Shown: positions 6,965 through 15,531 of the stretch, piece by piece
Position numbering within the stretch: position 1 is the stretch's first letter
Layout of the letters: each line of letters starts with the position of its first letter
DNA from: an uncultured Oscillospiraceae bacterium
GTDB taxonomy: Bacteria > Bacillota > Clostridia > Oscillospirales > Oscillospiraceae
Direction of reading: 5' to 3'
DNA length: 64,000 bases
NCBI GenBank assembly: GCA_947626345.1
Contig: CANQSF010000011.1
Span: forward strand, 3,050-67,049
The notes under the pieces: model-generated
Told to the model about the DNA's origin: nothing
Databases searched by the model: none
Seen by the model: only the letters and a program-made list of their open reading frames with translations
Made by a program: the position numbers and the translations under genes

Positions 6965-8398
6965 ATGCGTAGCACGAAGATCATCTGCACTCTTGGCCCG
7001 GCGGTGGACAGCGAGGAAATGATCCGCGGGCTCATCCGCGCCGGGATGGATGCCGCCCGGTTCAACTTCTCCCATGGCACCCATGAGGAGCATCTGGAGC
7101 GGCTGCACCGGCTCAACGCCGTCCGGGACTCCATCCGCCGCCCGGTGGCCACCATCCTGGACACCAAGGGCCCGGAGATCCGTATCCGCACCTTTGCCGA
7201 CGGCCCCATCACCCTGAACGCCGGCGACAGCTTCATCCTCTCCACGGAGGACGTGCCCGGCGACCAGCATCAGGTGGCCGTCACCTATGAGGATCTGCAC
7301 AAGGAGGTCCGGCCGGACCAGGTGATCCTGATCGATGACGGTCTGGTGGCCATGCGGGTGGAGAAGATCGACGGCCGCCAGATCCACTGCGTGGTGGAGA
7401 ACGGCGGCGGCCTTTCCAATCACAAGTCCATCAACATCCCCGGCGCCCAGATCCATCTGCCCGCCATCACGGAAAAAGACGTGGAGGACATCCGCTTCGG
7501 CGTGGCCAATGACTTCGACTTCATCGCCGCCTCCTTCGTCCGCAAGGCCGACGACGTACGGCAGATCCGCCAGGTGCTCCATGAGTGCGGCGGCGACCGG
7601 ATCAAGATCATCGCCAAGATCGAGAACCAGGAGGGCGTGGACAACCTGGACGAGATCATCTCCGCGTCCGACGGCGTGATGGTGGCCCGGGGCGACCTGG
7701 GCGTGGAGGTGCCCGCGGCCCGGGTGCCCATCATCCAGAAGCGCATGATCAACAAGTGCCTTCTGGAGGGCAAGCCGGTCATCACCGCCACCCAGATGCT
7801 GGACTCCATGATCCGCAACCCCCGGCCCACCCGGGCAGAGGTGTCGGACGTGGCCAACGCGGTGTTCGACGGCACCAGCTGCGTCATGCTCTCCGGCGAG
7901 ACCGCCAGCGGCAAGTACCCCATCGAGGCCGTCACCGCCATGCGGGACATCGTCGTCGAGGCGGAGGACGCCGCCCCCCGCTGGAAGCAGTTCGACGAGT
8001 TCCAGCACGTGCCCGCGCCCTCCATCAACGACGCCATCACCCACACCAGCTGCCTCACCGCCAAGGACCTGAACGCCGCCGCCATCCTGACGGCCACGGC
8101 CTCCGGCCATACGGCCCGGATGATCTCCCGCTTCCGGCCGGCCTGCCCCATCGTGGCGCTGACCATGCACGAAAAGGTCCGCCGCCAGCTGGCCCTGTGC
8201 TGGGGCACGGCGCCGGTGCTGACCGGCGAGGTGACCAGCACCGACCGGATCATGGCCATGGCCTGCGAGATGGCCCTGAAGGAGGGGCTGGTGAAAAAGG
8301 GCGACACGGTGGTGATCACCGCCGGCGTGCCGCTGGGCCGCGCGGGGGAGACGAACCTGCTGAAGGCCCACGTGATCGACGACGACGATCTGCTCTGA
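6965..8398 (+). CDS. pyk: Pyruvate kinase
   Basis: Start MRSTKIICTLGPA with an AGGAGG RBS. Canonical motifs FNFSHG, LDTKGPEIR, KIENQEG and MVARGDLGVE are present. 477 aa. Confidence 0.95.
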   Translation: MRSTKIICTLGPAVDSEEMIRGLIRAGMDAARFNFSHGTHEEHLERLHRLNAVRDSIRRPVATILDTKGPEIRIRTFADGPITLNAGDSFILSTEDVPGDQHQVAVTYEDLHKEVRPDQVILIDDGLVAMRVEKIDGRQIHCVVENGGGLSNHKSINIPGAQIHLPAITEKDVEDIRFGVANDFDFIAASFVRKADDVRQIRQVLHECGGDRIKIIAKIENQEGVDNLDEIISASDGVMVARGDLGVEVPAARVPIIQKRMINKCLLEGKPVITATQMLDSMIRNPRPTRAEVSDVANAVFDGTSCVMLSGETASGKYPIEAVTAMRDIVVEAEDAAPRWKQFDEFQHVPAPSINDAITHTSCLTAKDLNAAAILTATASGHTARMISRFRPACPIVALTMHEKVRRQLALCWGTAPVLTGEVTSTDRIMAMACEMALKEGLVKKGDTVVITAGVPLGRAGETNLLKAHVIDDDDLL

Positions 8399-8455
8399 CG
8401 AGCCCCCCATACAGCCGCTCCGCCGGCCGGGATGTGTGAAAGTTTACATAATATT

Positions 8456-8488
8456 ATCCGCCCTCTGCGCAGAGGGCGGATCTTTTTG
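8456..8488. terminator. Bidirectional terminator (pyk / DUF4838 convergent)
   Basis: 12-bp stem ATCCGCCCTCTG/CAGAGGGCGGAT followed by CTTTTTGTGGTTTT. Confidence 0.75.
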
Positions 8489-8496
8489 TGGTTTTA

Positions 8497-10329
8497 TCAG
8501 GGCTGGAAGCCGGTGTAGCCTGTGGTGACGTCCTGGATGCGGTACACGTCCAGCCAGGGCTGATAGGCCGTCTCGCCGGCGCGGATGAACGCGGCCATGT
8601 CCCGCCAGGCGGCGTTGGCCTCCGCCTCCCGGCCCCGGGCCAGCAGCCCCAGCGCCCGGGCCAGCAGCGCGGCGTATCGGACGTGGTGCAGGAGGGCGGC
8701 CCACGCTCCGGGGCCGTCCGGCGCGGGCTCGTTCTCCGCGAGGAACGCCTGGCACAGCGCCTGCGCCCGGTCCGCCGCCGCCGCGGCGGCGGGATCGGTC
8801 CGGGGGCCGATATTGTTTACATAATCACATAGCTGGCAGCCGGACAGCGCCTCCAGCAGCTCCCGGGCCCGGTCCGCCCGGGGGCCGTACGCGGCGGCGA
8901 AATACTCCCGGACCAGCCCGTCGAAGTCCGCGCCGGCGTCCAGCAGCGTCCGGCCCATCACGTAGTTGGGCAGGAAGTTGGGCGAGCCGGCCCGCAGCTC
9001 CTGGCAGCTCACGTACCCGTGCAGGCCCAGCCGCCGCAGCCGGCGCACGTCGTCGTGGATGATCCGGGCGATGTGCACGTACCCCAGGTCCCCGTAGTGG
9101 GCCCGGCCCAGGGGATAGTCGTACAGGAAGCTGTCCCCGCGGAAGAGCTCCTGCCAGCGGCGGAGGAAGGCCAGGTTCTCCTCCAAGGAGCCGGGCAGGG
9201 TGATGCGGTTGCGTACGTAGGGGGGGACGGTCCCGGCGGCGTCCGGGTCGTAGGAGCGCTGGAAGGTGCGGCTGATGGGGGCGAACATCATCACGAACCG
9301 GTCGGGGTGGTCCAGCCGCTCCCGCACCGGCGGCCACAGCAGCTCCTGGTACAGCAAAAACACGATCTTTGTGTCCAGCCCCGCCGCGGTGAGCCGGCGG
9401 TCGATCTCGTTGAGCAGGGACACGTACTGGTCGGAGAGGGTGGTCTGCCGGCAGGCGGGGCACTCGCACACGTTGTTGTAGTAATCCGCCATCCAGAAGT
9501 GGAGGTAGTCCACCTCCGGTTGCTGCCGGGCGTAGTCTACCACCAAGGAGATGAGCCGCTCCCGGGCCCGGGGGTCGGACAGGCACAGGTTCGTCTCGGC
9601 GGGCACGCCGTGATAGAGCCCCCGCACGCCGTCCAGCTCCGCCGCCAGCGGGCGCAGCTCCTCCGCCAGGGGAGCGGCGTCCGGCGACCAGCCCAGGGCC
9701 TGATAGCCCAGGGCCTCTCCCGTCCAGCCGTGGCCCACCTTATGCAGCGCCAGGCCCCGGCGGGCCATCTCCCTCTGGGCCTCGGCCATCACCGCCGCCC
9801 CGTCGGCCACGGTGACGGGCTCCGGGGCCAGGAGGGGATTGCGCTCGTGGCGGCGCCAGCGGGCGAGGAAGGGATAGGGGTTTTTGAATTGGAGGAAGAA
9901 GCTGTTGAACCCCAGCTTAGGCAGCCAGTCGATGAAGGCGAGGATGTTCTCCCGGCTGTCCGCCCCCTCGATGCACACCCCCCGGTGGCGGTAGGAGGCG
10001 GTCCTTTCATGCCGGGCGGACAGGGCCTCCCGGCCGATGGCGGGGACCAGCTCGTTGTCCCGGCCCGGGGCAAAGAACCGGCAGCCCAGGGCGTGGAGCA
10101 GGTCGTATACCCCCAGCAGCACCGCCCGGGGGGCGTTGCCCTCGATGAGGCCCCCGGCGGGGGACACGTCCACCCGGAAGGCGTCGTTCTCCCCCTCGCG
10201 GGGGGCGCGGACCGCCAGGGTGAAGGCCGGGTCCGCCCCGGCGGGCAGCATCCGGCCCAGATAGCGCTCCAGCTCCGCCGCGGCGAAGGCGAGGGTGTCG
10301 TTGGGGGCATGGGTGACGGTGATGGACAT
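8497..10329 (-). CDS. DUF4838-like protein (glycoside-hydrolase-like fold)
   Basis: 610 aa, no signal peptide. The overall pattern (N-terminal GH20-b/alpha-glucuronidase-like region, central TIM-like region with a CECPAC cluster) recalls DUF4838 proteins. Assignment is from memory of the family only. Confidence 0.6.
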   Translation of the reverse strand: MSITVTHAPNDTLAFAAAELERYLGRMLPAGADPAFTLAVRAPREGENDAFRVDVSPAGGLIEGNAPRAVLLGVYDLLHALGCRFFAPGRDNELVPAIGREALSARHERTASYRHRGVCIEGADSRENILAFIDWLPKLGFNSFFLQFKNPYPFLARWRRHERNPLLAPEPVTVADGAAVMAEAQREMARRGLALHKVGHGWTGEALGYQALGWSPDAAPLAEELRPLAAELDGVRGLYHGVPAETNLCLSDPRARERLISLVVDYARQQPEVDYLHFWMADYYNNVCECPACRQTTLSDQYVSLLNEIDRRLTAAGLDTKIVFLLYQELLWPPVRERLDHPDRFVMMFAPISRTFQRSYDPDAAGTVPPYVRNRITLPGSLEENLAFLRRWQELFRGDSFLYDYPLGRAHYGDLGYVHIARIIHDDVRRLRRLGLHGYVSCQELRAGSPNFLPNYVMGRTLLDAGADFDGLVREYFAAAYGPRADRARELLEALSGCQLCDYVNNIGPRTDPAAAAAADRAQALCQAFLAENEPAPDGPGAWAALLHHVRYAALLARALGLLARGREAEANAAWRDMAAFIRAGETAYQPWLDVYRIQDVTTGYTGFQP

Positions 10330-10348
10330 GGCGGGACCTCGTTTCTGT

Positions 10349-10383
10349 CAAAAAAGGACCCCGGGGAGCAGTCCTCGGGGTCC
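10349..10383 (-). terminator. Terminator of the ABC importer operon
   Basis: Stem GGACCCCGAGGA/TCCCCGGGGTCC (one mismatch) followed by TTTTTT on the minus strand. Confidence 0.65.
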
Positions 10384-10391
10384 CGATGGGT

Positions 10392-10419
10392 ATTATAGCA
10401 TACTTAGGCGAGGGGTCAA
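10392..10419 (-). promoter_or_regulatory. Promoter upstream of the DUF4838 gene
   Basis: Minus strand TTGACC (10419-10414), 16 nt spacer, TATAAT (10397-10392) with a TGc extension. It sits between the binding-protein stop codon and the terminator hairpin. Confidence 0.45.
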
Positions 10420-10426
10420 GAGGGCA

Positions 10427-11539
10427 TCAGCCCACCTGATCGATGGCCTCCTGCATCACGTCGTAGAGTACCCAATCTTCGGTCTCATGGGCCTCGTCCT
10501 CGGTGATGTTGCCGCCGGCGATCATGTCGGACTGCACGCCTTCGTAGTAGTCCTTCATGGTGCCGTCAGCCAGGGCGGTCTTGATGTCCTCGATGTTGAA
10601 CCAATGGGCGTCGCCCCACTGGATGAGCTGGATGTCCTTATCGGTCGCGGTCTGCTCGGCGCACCAGCCGGCCACCTCGTCGGCATGATCGGGATCAGAG
10701 CCGTAGTCCATGGCCTTGTACAGGGCCCGGCTGAAGCGGACCAGGGTGTCGTGGTTCTCGGCAGCGTAATCGGGCAGGCAGATCCAGCTGGACATGTTGG
10801 TGGAGCCGTCGGAGAACTCGATCTCATAGGAGCCCTCGGCCTGCTCCAGGCACATGCTGGAGTAGGGGTTCCAGGTCACGGCCACGTCGATGGAGCCGGA
10901 GGCCATGGCGGGGACGATGTTGTTGGAGTCCAGGTTGTACGGCTCGATGTCGTCACGGGTCAGCCCGGCGGCGGCCAGAGCGCCGTCCATGGTGGTCTCA
11001 GAGGAGGAGCCGGCGGTGTAGCCCACGGTCTTGCCCTTCAGGTCTTCCACAGTCTGGATGCCGGAGTCGGCGGCGCAGACCAGACGGTCGGTGGTGTGCA
11101 CGGAGCTGGGAGCGAAGATGATGGCGCTGCCCAGGATGCACAGGCGGTGAGCGCCCTTGCCGATGTAGGCCAGGTCGATGGAGCCGCCCTCCATGGCGGC
11201 GATCTCAGAGGGACCGTCGCCGAACTCGGTCAGCTCGATGGTGATGCCCTCTTCCTCGAAGTAGCCGCCCTTGATGCCGGTCATGACGGCCCACAGGGAG
11301 GCGTAGTTGGCCATGTAGCCGATCCGCAGGGTGATGGGCTCGGCCTCGGCTTCGGGCTCAGCCTCGGGCTCGGTTTCCGGCTCGGTCTCGGGTTCCGCTT
11401 CGGGCTCGGTCTCAGGCTCCGCGGCCTCGGGCTGGGTCTCGGGGGCCTCGGGCTCCTCGGCATTGCTGCTGCCGCCGCCGCAGGCGGCCAGGCTCAGCAC
11501 CATCACGAGGGCCAGGAGCAGTGCAAGAAATCTCTTCAT
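10427..11539 (-). CDS. ABC importer substrate-binding lipoprotein, NMT1/SsuA (nitrate/sulfonate/taurine) type
   Basis: 370 aa. Signal peptide with lipobox LSLAAC, then a Pro/Glu/Thr-rich linker, then an NMT1/SsuA-like body. Confidence 0.8.
   Translation of the reverse strand: MKRFLALLLALVMVLSLAACGGGSSNAEEPEAPETQPEAAEPETEPEAEPETEPETEPEAEPEAEAEPITLRIGYMANYASLWAVMTGIKGGYFEEEGITIELTEFGDGPSEIAAMEGGSIDLAYIGKGAHRLCILGSAIIFAPSSVHTTDRLVCAADSGIQTVEDLKGKTVGYTAGSSSETTMDGALAAAGLTRDDIEPYNLDSNNIVPAMASGSIDVAVTWNPYSSMCLEQAEGSYEIEFSDGSTNMSSWICLPDYAAENHDTLVRFSRALYKAMDYGSDPDHADEVAGWCAEQTATDKDIQLIQWGDAHWFNIEDIKTALADGTMKDYYEGVQSDMIAGGNITEDEAHETEDWVLYDVMQEAIDQVG
11336..11460. repeat. Imperfect short tandem repeats encoding a PE/TE-rich linker
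   Basis: GGCTCGG(T/C)(C/T)TC-type 6-12-nt periodicity. It encodes EPEAPETQPEAAEPETEPEAEPETEPETEPEAEPEAEAEP. Confidence 0.7.
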
Positions 11540-11609
11540 GTTGTTCCTCCTAAAAATAATAATGGGTTTACCTCTATGTTTTCCGGCGTCGCCGGCGGGG
11601 TAACGGATC

Positions 11610-12401
11610 TTACTTGCGGACCTCCAGGTATTCCTGATAGACCTCGTTCCAGATCTCGCTCTTCAGCTCCAGGAAGCGGGGGTCGTTCTTAGTGGCCTGA
11701 TCCCGGGGATAGGGGATGTCGATGTCCACGATGCGCTTGATGCGGCCGGGCCGGGCGGACATGATGACCACCCGCTGGGCCAGCAGGATGGCCTCGTCCA
11801 CGTCGTGGGTGATGAAGAAGCAGGTCTTCTGCTCCTCCTCCCAGGTCTTCAGAAGCTCCGTCTGCAGCTGGGCGCGGGTCTGGGCGTCCAGGGCGCCGAA
11901 GGGCTCGTCCATCAGCAGCACCTCGGGGTTGTTGGCATAGGCGCGGGCGATGGCCACGCGCTGCTTCATGCCGCCGGACAGCTCCTTGGGATAGGCGTTC
12001 TCAAAGCCCTCCAGGCCCACCAGCTTGATGTACTTGCGGGCGATGGCCTCGCACTCGTCCTTGGGCATGCGCTTCATCTGGGGGCCGAACATGACGTTTT
12101 TCAGCACCGTCTGCCAGGGGAACAGGGCGTACTGCTGGAACACCACGCCCCGCTCCACGCCCACGTCGTGGATGGGCTTGCCGTCGATGTAGCAGGTGCC
12201 GCTGGTGGCCTCATGGAGCCCGGCGATGATGTTCAGAAGCGTGGACTTGCCGCAGCCGGAGGGGCCCACCACGCACACGAACTCGTTTTCCATGATGTCC
12301 AGGGTCACGCCGTTGAGGGCGACGGTGGTGCCGTGCTCGCCCTTATACTCTTTGTATACGTTGTCGATGTGAAGCTTTACTGCTCTATCTTCTCCTGCCA
12401 T
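11610..12401 (-). CDS. ABC transporter ATP-binding protein (SsuB/TauB type)
   Basis: Walker A GPSGCGKST, signature LSGGMKQR, Walker B LLMDEPFGALD. Confidence 0.9.
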   Translation of the reverse strand: MAGEDRAVKLHIDNVYKEYKGEHGTTVALNGVTLDIMENEFVCVVGPSGCGKSTLLNIIAGLHEATSGTCYIDGKPIHDVGVERGVVFQQYALFPWQTVLKNVMFGPQMKRMPKDECEAIARKYIKLVGLEGFENAYPKELSGGMKQRVAIARAYANNPEVLLMDEPFGALDAQTRAQLQTELLKTWEEEQKTCFFITHDVDEAILLAQRVVIMSARPGRIKRIVDIDIPYPRDQATKNDPRFLELKSEIWNEVYQEYLEVRK

Positions 12402-13177
12402 GACGTCAGCTTCCTTTCAATAAAGTTTACAAGCATGTTCAGCAGCATGCCGATGATGCCGATGATGATGATGTACATCAGCATGGGCGCCGACTCAAAG
12501 GTGCCGGACAGGGCGCGGATACGCATGCCCAGGCCGGCCTGGGCGCCGGTGGATTCGGCGGCCAGCAGGGTGGTCAGGCCTGCGCCTAACCCTAAGCGCA
12601 CGGCGGTGATGATGAAGGGGACGGTGGCGGGCAGGGTGATGCGGAAGAAGATGTCCATATCCTTCGCGCCCAGCACCCGCGCCGCTTTCACAAGGGTGGT
12701 GTCGATGTTGGCGATGCCGCCGTAGATGGTGACGCACATGGTCATGAAGGTGCAGATCCAGATCAGGATGATGGCGGGGGTCTTGCCCACGCCCACCATG
12801 ATGACGATCAGGGGCGCGTACGCCAGGGCGGGGATGTTCCGGATGAAGTTGATCCAGGGCTGGAGGATCTTCTGCACCGGGGTGTACCAGGCCATCAGGA
12901 ACGCCACGGGGATGGCGGTGACGAAGCCCAGACCGAAGCCGGCGGCCACGCAGATCATACTGCTGGCGAGGTCCTTCCACAGGACCTTCCGCTCCGTTGC
13001 CATCAGGGGGAAGGACTCGATGAAGGTCTTGCCGATGAAGGGGAAGCTGCGGCCGGTGGCCTTGCCCAGGCTCAGCAGATACCACACGACCATGGCGACC
13101 AGGAAGGAGATCAGCAGCCAGACCTTGTTGCTGATCACGATCTTTTTCTTGACCTTTTTCGGTGATGTTTCGTTCAA
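12377..13177 (-). CDS. ABC transporter permease (SsuC/TauC type)
   Basis: 266 aa, 6 TM, BPD-type permease loop. The 25-nt overlap with the ATPase gene is retained from the ORF track. Confidence 0.85.
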   Translation of the reverse strand: MNETSPKKVKKKIVISNKVWLLISFLVAMVVWYLLSLGKATGRSFPFIGKTFIESFPLMATERKVLWKDLASSMICVAAGFGLGFVTAIPVAFLMAWYTPVQKILQPWINFIRNIPALAYAPLIVIMVGVGKTPAIILIWICTFMTMCVTIYGGIANIDTTLVKAARVLGAKDMDIFFRITLPATVPFIITAVRLGLGAGLTTLLAAESTGAQAGLGMRIRALSGTFESAPMLMYIIIIGIIGMLLNMLVNFIERKLTSWQEKIEQ

Positions 13178-13356
13178 GATTCCTCACTCTCTTCCTATCT
13201 TAGATTTTTTTGCGTGCCCTCCCAGGGCCGCCGCCCGGAAGGGGCCACAGATGATGCTAACATAGTAGCATAATAACACGGAATAGGCAAGTGTTTTGTC
13301 CTTCTTTTGTTCAAATTGCAAAAATCACCGGCCAGAAGCCCCCACGTCGAACGGCC

Positions 13357-13385
13357 TTGACAAGGGGAGCGGGGCTTGCTAGAAT
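13357..13385 (+). promoter_or_regulatory. Promoter of nagB-nagA
   Basis: TTGACA (13357-13362), 17 nt spacer, TAGAAT (13380-13385). Confidence 0.55.
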
Positions 13386-13418
13386 TGAGGCAAGACCATG
13401 ACGAAAAAGGAGAAAAAT

Positions 13419-14234
13419 ATGGACTGTTTCGACATAAACGCCAGCGACCTGGGCCGGGGGGCCAGGATCCCCGTGCTGCCGCTGGGTGACTCCGGCGAGG
13501 TGTTTTATGAGCTGGCCCTGGAGATGGTAGACGCCATCCGGGCCCACAACGCCGCGGGGGAGCGGACGGTGTTCATCTGCCCGGTGGGGCCGGTGGGCCA
13601 GTACCCCATCTTCGTGCGGCTGGTGAACCGGGAGCGGCTGAGCCTGAAAAACTGCTGGTTTTTCAATATGGACGAATACCTCACCGACGACGGGGCCTAC
13701 ATCGACGAGCAGAGCCCCCTGTCCTTCCGGGGGTTCATGGCCCGGAACGTGTATGGAAAGATCGACCCGGAACTGCTCATGCCCGAGAGCCAGCGGATAT
13801 TCCCGGACCCGGCGGACCCGGAAAAGGGCGACAAGCTGCTGGCGGAGCTGGGCGGGCCGGACATCTGCTTCGGCGGCATCGGTATCAACGGCCACCTGGC
13901 CTTCAACGAGGCCCGGGAGGACATGACGGCGGAGCAGTTCGCCCAGCTGGGCACCCGGGTGATCGAACTGACCCCGGAGACTCGCACCGCCAACGCCATC
14001 GGCGACCGGGGCGGGGCCATCGACGCCATGCCAAAGCTGGCGGTGACCATCGGCATCAGGCAGATCCTCTCCGCCAAAAAGGTGCGGCTGGGGGTGTTCC
14101 GGGACTGGCACCGGGCGGTGGTGCGCCAGGCGGCCTACGGCCCCGTGACGGCCCATTTCCCGGCAAGCCTTCTGCAAAACCACCCGGACGCGGTGATCTA
14201 CGCCAACGCCACGGCGTCGGCCCGCCCCTTCTGA
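13419..14234 (+). CDS. nagB: Glucosamine-6-phosphate deaminase/isomerase family protein
   Basis: Start moved to M8, which has an AAGGAG RBS 6 nt upstream. Motifs NMDEY and GIGINGHLAFNE are present. It lies 1 nt upstream of nagA. Confidence 0.75.
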   Translation: MDCFDINASDLGRGARIPVLPLGDSGEVFYELALEMVDAIRAHNAAGERTVFICPVGPVGQYPIFVRLVNRERLSLKNCWFFNMDEYLTDDGAYIDEQSPLSFRGFMARNVYGKIDPELLMPESQRIFPDPADPEKGDKLLAELGGPDICFGGIGINGHLAFNEAREDMTAEQFAQLGTRVIELTPETRTANAIGDRGGAIDAMPKLAVTIGIRQILSAKKVRLGVFRDWHRAVVRQAAYGPVTAHFPASLLQNHPDAVIYANATASARPF

Positions 14235-14235
14235 C

Positions 14236-15378
14236 ATGGACGCGGTGCTTTTCCAAAACGGCCGGGTGTATGAGCACGGCCGATCCAAGGAGCGGGACCT
14301 GCTGGTCCTGGATGGGACCATCGCCCCGGCGGACGCGCCCGCGCCCCCGGACTGCCGGCGGGTGGACATGGCCGGGCGGATGCTGGTCCCCGGCTTCGTG
14401 GACATCCACACCCACGGCGGCGGCGGGGTGGACGTGAACGCCGCCGACCGGGCGGGGTTCGAGACGATCTCCCGGTTTTTCGCCTCCCAGGGCGTCACCT
14501 GCTGGCTCTGCAGCATCCTGACGGACACCGAGGAGGCGACCCTGGCCGCCATCGGCCGCGCCCGGGAGGCCATGGCCCGGCCCCTCCCCGGGGCGCGCCT
14601 GGGGGGCATCCATTTGGAGGGGCCCTTCCTGGCCCCGGCCTACAAGGGCGCCATGCCGGAGCGGCTGCTGCGGCAGGGGGATGCGGACCTCTTTTACAAG
14701 TACCAGACCGCGGCGGCGGGGGCGGTGAAGTACATCACCGTGGCCCCAGAGGTGCCCGGCGTGGTGGACATGATCCGCGCCATATCCGGGGACGTGACCG
14801 TGGCCATCGGCCACTCCGGCGCGGACTATGAGACGGCCATCGCCGCCATCGACGCCGGGGCCAAGGCCGCCACCCACACCTTCAACGCCATGGGCCTTTT
14901 CCACCAGCACCGGCCGGCCATCATGGGGGCGGTGCTGGAGCGGGACGTGGTGTGCGAGGCCATCTGCGACGGCCGGCACCTGCATCCCGGCACGGTGCGG
15001 ATGCTCCTGGCCTGTAAGGGCTGGGACAAGGTGGCCGCCGTCACCGACTCCATCCAGGCCGCCGGCCTGCCGGACGGGAATTATAAGCTGGGGATCAACG
15101 ACGTGGTGGTCCGGGACGGGGACGCGGTGCTGGCGGATACCGGCGTGCGGGCCGGCTCCACCCTTACCGCCTGCCAGGCCCTGAAAAATCTGGTGAAGTT
15201 CACCGGCCGGAGCGTGGAGGACGTGCTGCCCTTGCTGACAGAGAATCCCGCCAGGCTGGTGGGCCTGACGGGCAAGGGGGCCATCGCCCCCGGCATGGAC
15301 GGGGACCTGGCAGTGCTGGACGACGACCTCGCCGTGGCGGCCGCCTACGTGGCCGGCCGGCAGGTATACGCCCGGTGA
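14236..15378 (+). CDS. nagA: N-acetylglucosamine-6-phosphate deacetylase
   Basis: Motifs GFVDIHTHGGGG, HLEGPF, TVAPE, IGHS and THTFNAM. Confidence 0.9.
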   Translation: MDAVLFQNGRVYEHGRSKERDLLVLDGTIAPADAPAPPDCRRVDMAGRMLVPGFVDIHTHGGGGVDVNAADRAGFETISRFFASQGVTCWLCSILTDTEEATLAAIGRAREAMARPLPGARLGGIHLEGPFLAPAYKGAMPERLLRQGDADLFYKYQTAAAGAVKYITVAPEVPGVVDMIRAISGDVTVAIGHSGADYETAIAAIDAGAKAATHTFNAMGLFHQHRPAIMGAVLERDVVCEAICDGRHLHPGTVRMLLACKGWDKVAAVTDSIQAAGLPDGNYKLGINDVVVRDGDAVLADTGVRAGSTLTACQALKNLVKFTGRSVEDVLPLLTENPARLVGLTGKGAIAPGMDGDLAVLDDDLAVAAAYVAGRQVYAR

Positions 15379-15447
15379 AAGGGCGGCCCTTGAGACGATA
15401 AGAAAAATACGCGGACGGGAGGCATGCCGCTATGGTGAAACGCCGGA

Positions 15448-15503
15448 TTTCCTTCTAAAACGATAGAAGGAAATACAATTTGATCTATCCTTCTATCGTT
15501 TTC
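15448..15503 (+). promoter_or_regulatory. Structured leader with mutually exclusive hairpins upstream of the ABC exporter
   Basis: 15-bp perfect stem AAAACGATAGAAGGA (15457-15471) / TCCTTCTATCGTTTT (15488-15502), ending in a T-run. A competing small hairpin CCTTCTA (15451-15457) / TAGAAGG (15464-15470) is also possible. The RBS region ATAGAAAGGA is nearly complementary to the 3' arm. Confidence 0.4.
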
Positions 15504-15531
15504 GGACGGAAACAATAGAAAGGATATCACC

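Noticed and set aside
8441-8830. The shared 11-mer GTTTACATAAT at about 8444 (intergenic) and about 8818 (inside the DUF4838 ORF), considered as a possible repeat or insertion boundary.
   Set aside because: The match does not extend beyond 11 nt. The second copy is in-frame coding sequence (..CDYVNNIG..). I take it as coincidence.
11336-11460. Short periodic repeats, considered as a CRISPR-like or minisatellite array. The same applies to 38898-39065.
   Set aside because: The units are 6-12 nt (or 84 nt), lie in-frame inside ORFs, and encode Pro/Glu-rich linkers. There is no spacer-repeat architecture and there are no cas genes.
13398-13418. ATG 13398 as the nagB start.
   Set aside because: No RBS precedes it. 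The AAGGAG at 13407-13412 is ideally spaced for ATG 13419. This is a minor call and either start could be correct.
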